Source: Tubulanus polymorphus (lineage: Eukaryota > Animalia > Nemertea). Taken from it: DNA of 64,000 nucleotides. A program made the translations under genes and the position numbers. The notes beneath the pieces are model-generated. The model did not search any database. It was given only the letters and a program-made list of their open reading frames with translations, and had not been told where the DNA came from. Shown piece after piece: positions 60,101-64,000 of this stretch. The stretch is taken from contig NC_134032.1 of NCBI RefSeq assembly GCF_964204645.1, positions 12,016,275 through 12,080,274 on the forward strand. Direction: 5' to 3'. Each line of letters begins with the position of its first letter. The stretch's first letter is position 1.

Positions 60101-63100
60101 TGTCATGAAAGGTATCAACACGGAGAAATTAAGAATCAATTCAATTATCAAATTCGCAGCCTACCTTCATTTCCGGTCGCATCACCACAGCAAAAAATCT
60201 ATTGATCTTATTTCGAATGATTAATTAATTCCTTTAGTTCATTAATTAGATATTCAAATTCGTTTTGATTAGATTTGTCCCGCGAGCGTTTTTGCGCACA
60301 GATAGAGAACACTTATAGAAATAGTCGACTAAATAGTCGAGCTAGCGAGCGCGAGGAGAGACGGAGGAGTGCTCCGACCCTGGGCACAGTAGCTGTTTAA
60401 CTGCGCTGTAGCTCTTGAGGTTTCAGTGTACTCAACGATAGAGAGAGAGGTAGAGAGAGGGGGGTTTTTAACGAGAATTAATTCTGCCAGCGCTAGAGTT
60501 ACATTTTTTGCGTCGGTATCGTTTCACCTGAAGTTCTTTGTCAATAAAAAACAATCCACCGTCGTCTGCATGAAGTATATACTGAAGTTGCCGCGGGTCT
60601 CTCGCTATCATTCTCCTGTCTTCCCCTCTCGCACACTCTATCTCTCCCTGTCCCCCCTTACCCCTCAAACTCCCTCTCTCACCTTTCCCTTCATCCCTCA
60701 CCTTTTATACCGCCCTCTCTTCCTTCCATTCTTTCCCCCTCTCCCCCTCCCTTTCTATCTCCCACGTATTTACCATCTCTCCCAATTTTTTTCTGCGCCC
60801 CACTCCCTCCCTACGCGCTCATTCTTTAATATTGTAACAAAGGGAATATTAGATTTCAACTGAGATACGACACTAGCTGTCCGCATTTTCCCCCGGCAGT
60901 ATAGAATATAGAATACGATAAAGCTCGACGAAGACGTCGGTATTAAATGTCATCTCATAAAAAATTAAGCTTCGGCTTCAAAACGGTCAAGTGCATCTCA
61001 ATTGATCTATTTATAGGGATTGAGATTCCTCGTAAATGACATTTAGTCTACTATTTTGAGTATATAAATAGTCCATAGACGGAGCTTTTGTTTGGGCTCG
61101 CCGGGAAACGGTTTTGGATGGCTGAAAATGAGCTTTCTCAAAATAAACATCGAATCCGCTGCTGCCTGGATCCCGCGTCACTCCGACATTCAATATACGT
61201 TTTTGATTTAAGATGACGAAACTACTCGAAAGCAGACGCAGGCTGCAGGGGGTGCGCACCCTCCCCTTAAAAGTAAAGTTTCTTAATTCTTGAATCTTAG
61301 ACAGTTGATGATGAACATCATTCTGACAACATTTCTAATAGAGTCGATACTATTTTCCTGTTATGATCTACAATGAGAATTCGTTCCACCATGTGGACGT
61401 ATAAACTAGCCACGGTTCAACACACATAGACATAAATATGTGTTTCTATATAAATTAAGTGGCTCAGTACTTACGAGAAGTTAACCGATTCAAAGACAAC
61501 CGACCCGCTGCTGTATTTCACAATTACGAGACAGACAGCAATGAAAGGAAGGTATTGCGCGAGCGAAAACAAATGAGCCGCAATGTTGGGGGAAGTGGTA
61601 CAAGTTAATTGTCATCGTCTGCGCGATGGTTTCAGGTAAGAAACACTATGAGGGAAGCTATAAAATATACTGCCGGTAGACATTAACCAATCAACAGGCG
61701 ATAACAATGTAACCAGTCGTCGTAATGACAAAAACAATCTAATTACGAAGAAGTAAACGGAATGAACCCCAGCACACAGCCTTGCCGCACGGCGCGCAGT
61801 TATCATATATTGCAGATTACTATCCGTCTAGAGAGAATGGGCCCGGAGATGAGAGCGTGTGAAAAATACGAAGAGGGAGTGGGTGGAGGGAGACACGGAT
61901 GTGAGGAGAAAGAGGCGACTGAGGCTCTAAGGCTCAGCGTTCGAAGTCCAAACTTTAAAATGGCCTTAAATGTAGAGCTATCACACTGATGCATCTTTTT
62001 GGTTCATTGAAGTGGAGATGCAAAACATAGCGAATGGGCGTTGAGCAGGGAGAACTAGGGAGCGCGAGGAGAGTGGGAGAAAGAGTGGGAAGAGAGGATG
62101 TAAGAGGAAAAGGCGAGTGCCTAGATGGGAGTGAAATTAAATTTGAAAGATATGAGGAGTACGTAGATGAGAGAGATGAGAAGGGTGAGGTAAGTTTTGT
62201 TCTCAATGCTTGTTCCGGTGTTCTCTCGATATGTCACCAGGTGAAGAGAGACGAAGGAAGGTAAACTGTAACAATGGTGCGGTTATGCAGATACAGCAGC
62301 AGGGGTGTGTTCCCAGGGGAATGATGAATGTTATACCGTCTGTCACTGCAGCTGTGGTTACATGTATATATATAATTACGTCTGCGGACACGTCTAGATC
62401 CACAATCGATATTACCGTCGTGACCGTTAGGGTTTGAATTTATGGATCCGGTTGCGCAGACGTTGTTGTGCGGCGGCCACAGAAAAAAACGCCAACCTTC
62501 GAAAAAATGTCTTGAGAAAACTCTCACGTGCTCCACCCTAAAAGTGTCAGCAAAAAACCTGGACCAACATTTTTAGCGCATTGTGTCTTGAAACATTTTC
62601 TTTCGTTCTCAAGGATCCTCACATAGGATTCAATGCTCTCAAATACTATTCAGAGTAAAAACTAGAGTGATGGACATCTTAAATTCTAGGAAGAATGATT
62701 TAGGCTTGCTGCATTATTTCTCTATTGGGGCTAATGTATAAATATATATGTTAAAAAAAAAAAAATCCGGTTATTTAAAACTTTTTCAGACTTAAAAAAC
62801 TGATCTTCTGTTGTTTTTGCTTGAAAGTGGATCTTTTGAGTTGGCTGTTGAATTGTATCTCTAGCTATGGGTGCAAATGAAGATATTATGTTGTTTAAAA
62901 AAGCTCGATTCTAACAGCTCTCCACATTGATATTTGCTGTTTTGTTTCGGTCTGGAAGTGAATTAAGAAATTTTGGAAAAGTGCCATTTTGCAAATATTG
63001 TTATATCCTAAGCCCTGCAGTGTATACAAAATTCTTGTCAAATCAAACTGTTTTGTCGAATTGGATCGTGAGTTTCAAGGCCGATTAGTTCACTTCCAAT

Positions 63101-64000
63101 GATTCTTTCCCATCACAAGTTCCACAACTGCGCCGCCCAATAATTATGAACTTCAAGTAGAGCTAATTTGAATATGATTGATTTAACTGATACCATCCGC
63201 GGCACCAATCAACACCCACCTTTTAATCGTGATCTAACATCGTTAGGTTTTAGGCTATATAATTTTCTGGTGATATCGTTTATATATGGATGTCATTAGT
63301 TTTACCCGTATAAGCCTATGCCGCTAAAAACGATTGACAAATCAAAAGCTCGCCCCGCCCCTCTCCCCCTGTCTATCAATCATTTACTTTGAAGTGTCAA
63401 ACGCATCTTATTCGACCTTAAAGGTTGTTTTTTTTCTGTCTCTAATTAGCTCCGGATAAACCATAAAGACTATAAACGCAACTCGAATCTAAAAAAAACC
63501 GTGTGTACTTTCATGATTTTCTTTTCTACTCTCGGCTCCATAATGACGACGCAATAAACCAGCCTCAGTAATTTCGCGTCTTCTTAGAAACTGCTACCGG
63601 TGCGATCCTCTTGACTTTGATGAATTTAGATTCGCTGCCAGAAACGGCTCGGGATTAAGAAGAAGTCAGACGTATACTCGAATCGTCTGCCTTCCAGTTA
63701 AAAAGAATGTAGCTGATTTAGAAGAACGCACAGTATGCGAGATGATGTTGTTGCGTAAGGGAAAAAAAATTCCGGTGTCCAAATGTCTGGCCGTACAGTA
63801 GCGCCACCTAGTGAGTAGCCTGTATATGGCTGGTGATAGGCCTACCTTATAGGGGAAGAAATAAGCCTTGGTCATAGAAGTAAAAAACCTTCTTAGGCCA
63901 ACTTGGGTTTTACAGCGCGCTATTGGTTTTGCAGTCGATCGTAGTTTAGACAGACTATGCGAGACCAACGAACAGCGGAAATTATTTCATTAACTGAAGT

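Noticed and set aside
60426-62536. Several 60-145-aa ORFs
   Set aside because: Products of low-complexity purine/pyrimidine tracts, with no splice-consistent or homologous signal.

Overview
Intron-rich, AT-rich eukaryotic (invertebrate animal) genomic DNA, not prokaryotic. Gene order: EFHC1 (+); an 11-exon membrane-anchored alpha/beta-hydrolase-fold gene (-), largely missed by the ORF track and head-to-head with TDP2 (+); a CRAL-TRIO/alpha-tocopherol-transfer-like gene (+); a GT31 beta-1,3-galactosyltransferase (+); RPL30 (-), head-to-head with WDR35/IFT121 (+); a frameshifted intronless rhodopsin-class GPCR nested in a WDR35 intron; and a second peptide-receptor-like GPCR (-). The richest unexplained signal is in RPL30. 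Its last intron holds three snoRNAs: a U51-like C/D RNA, a C/D RNA complementary to 18S, and an H/ACA RNA whose two pockets fit two different 28S pseudouridines. The preceding intron holds a regularly spaced chain of cryptic 16-nt and 9-nt micro-exons plus an alternative acceptor; the 16-nt exon and the acceptor would each add a premature stop, suggesting NMD-coupled autoregulation. The hydrolase has Glu at the nucleophile position. Introns and intergenic DNA carry many MITEs, foldback elements, a 6-bp-TSD hAT-like element, LINE remnants and a CTCF-motif-like ~77-bp repeat. Exon boundaries were read by eye. rRNA target identities and numbering are from memory and need database confirmation.
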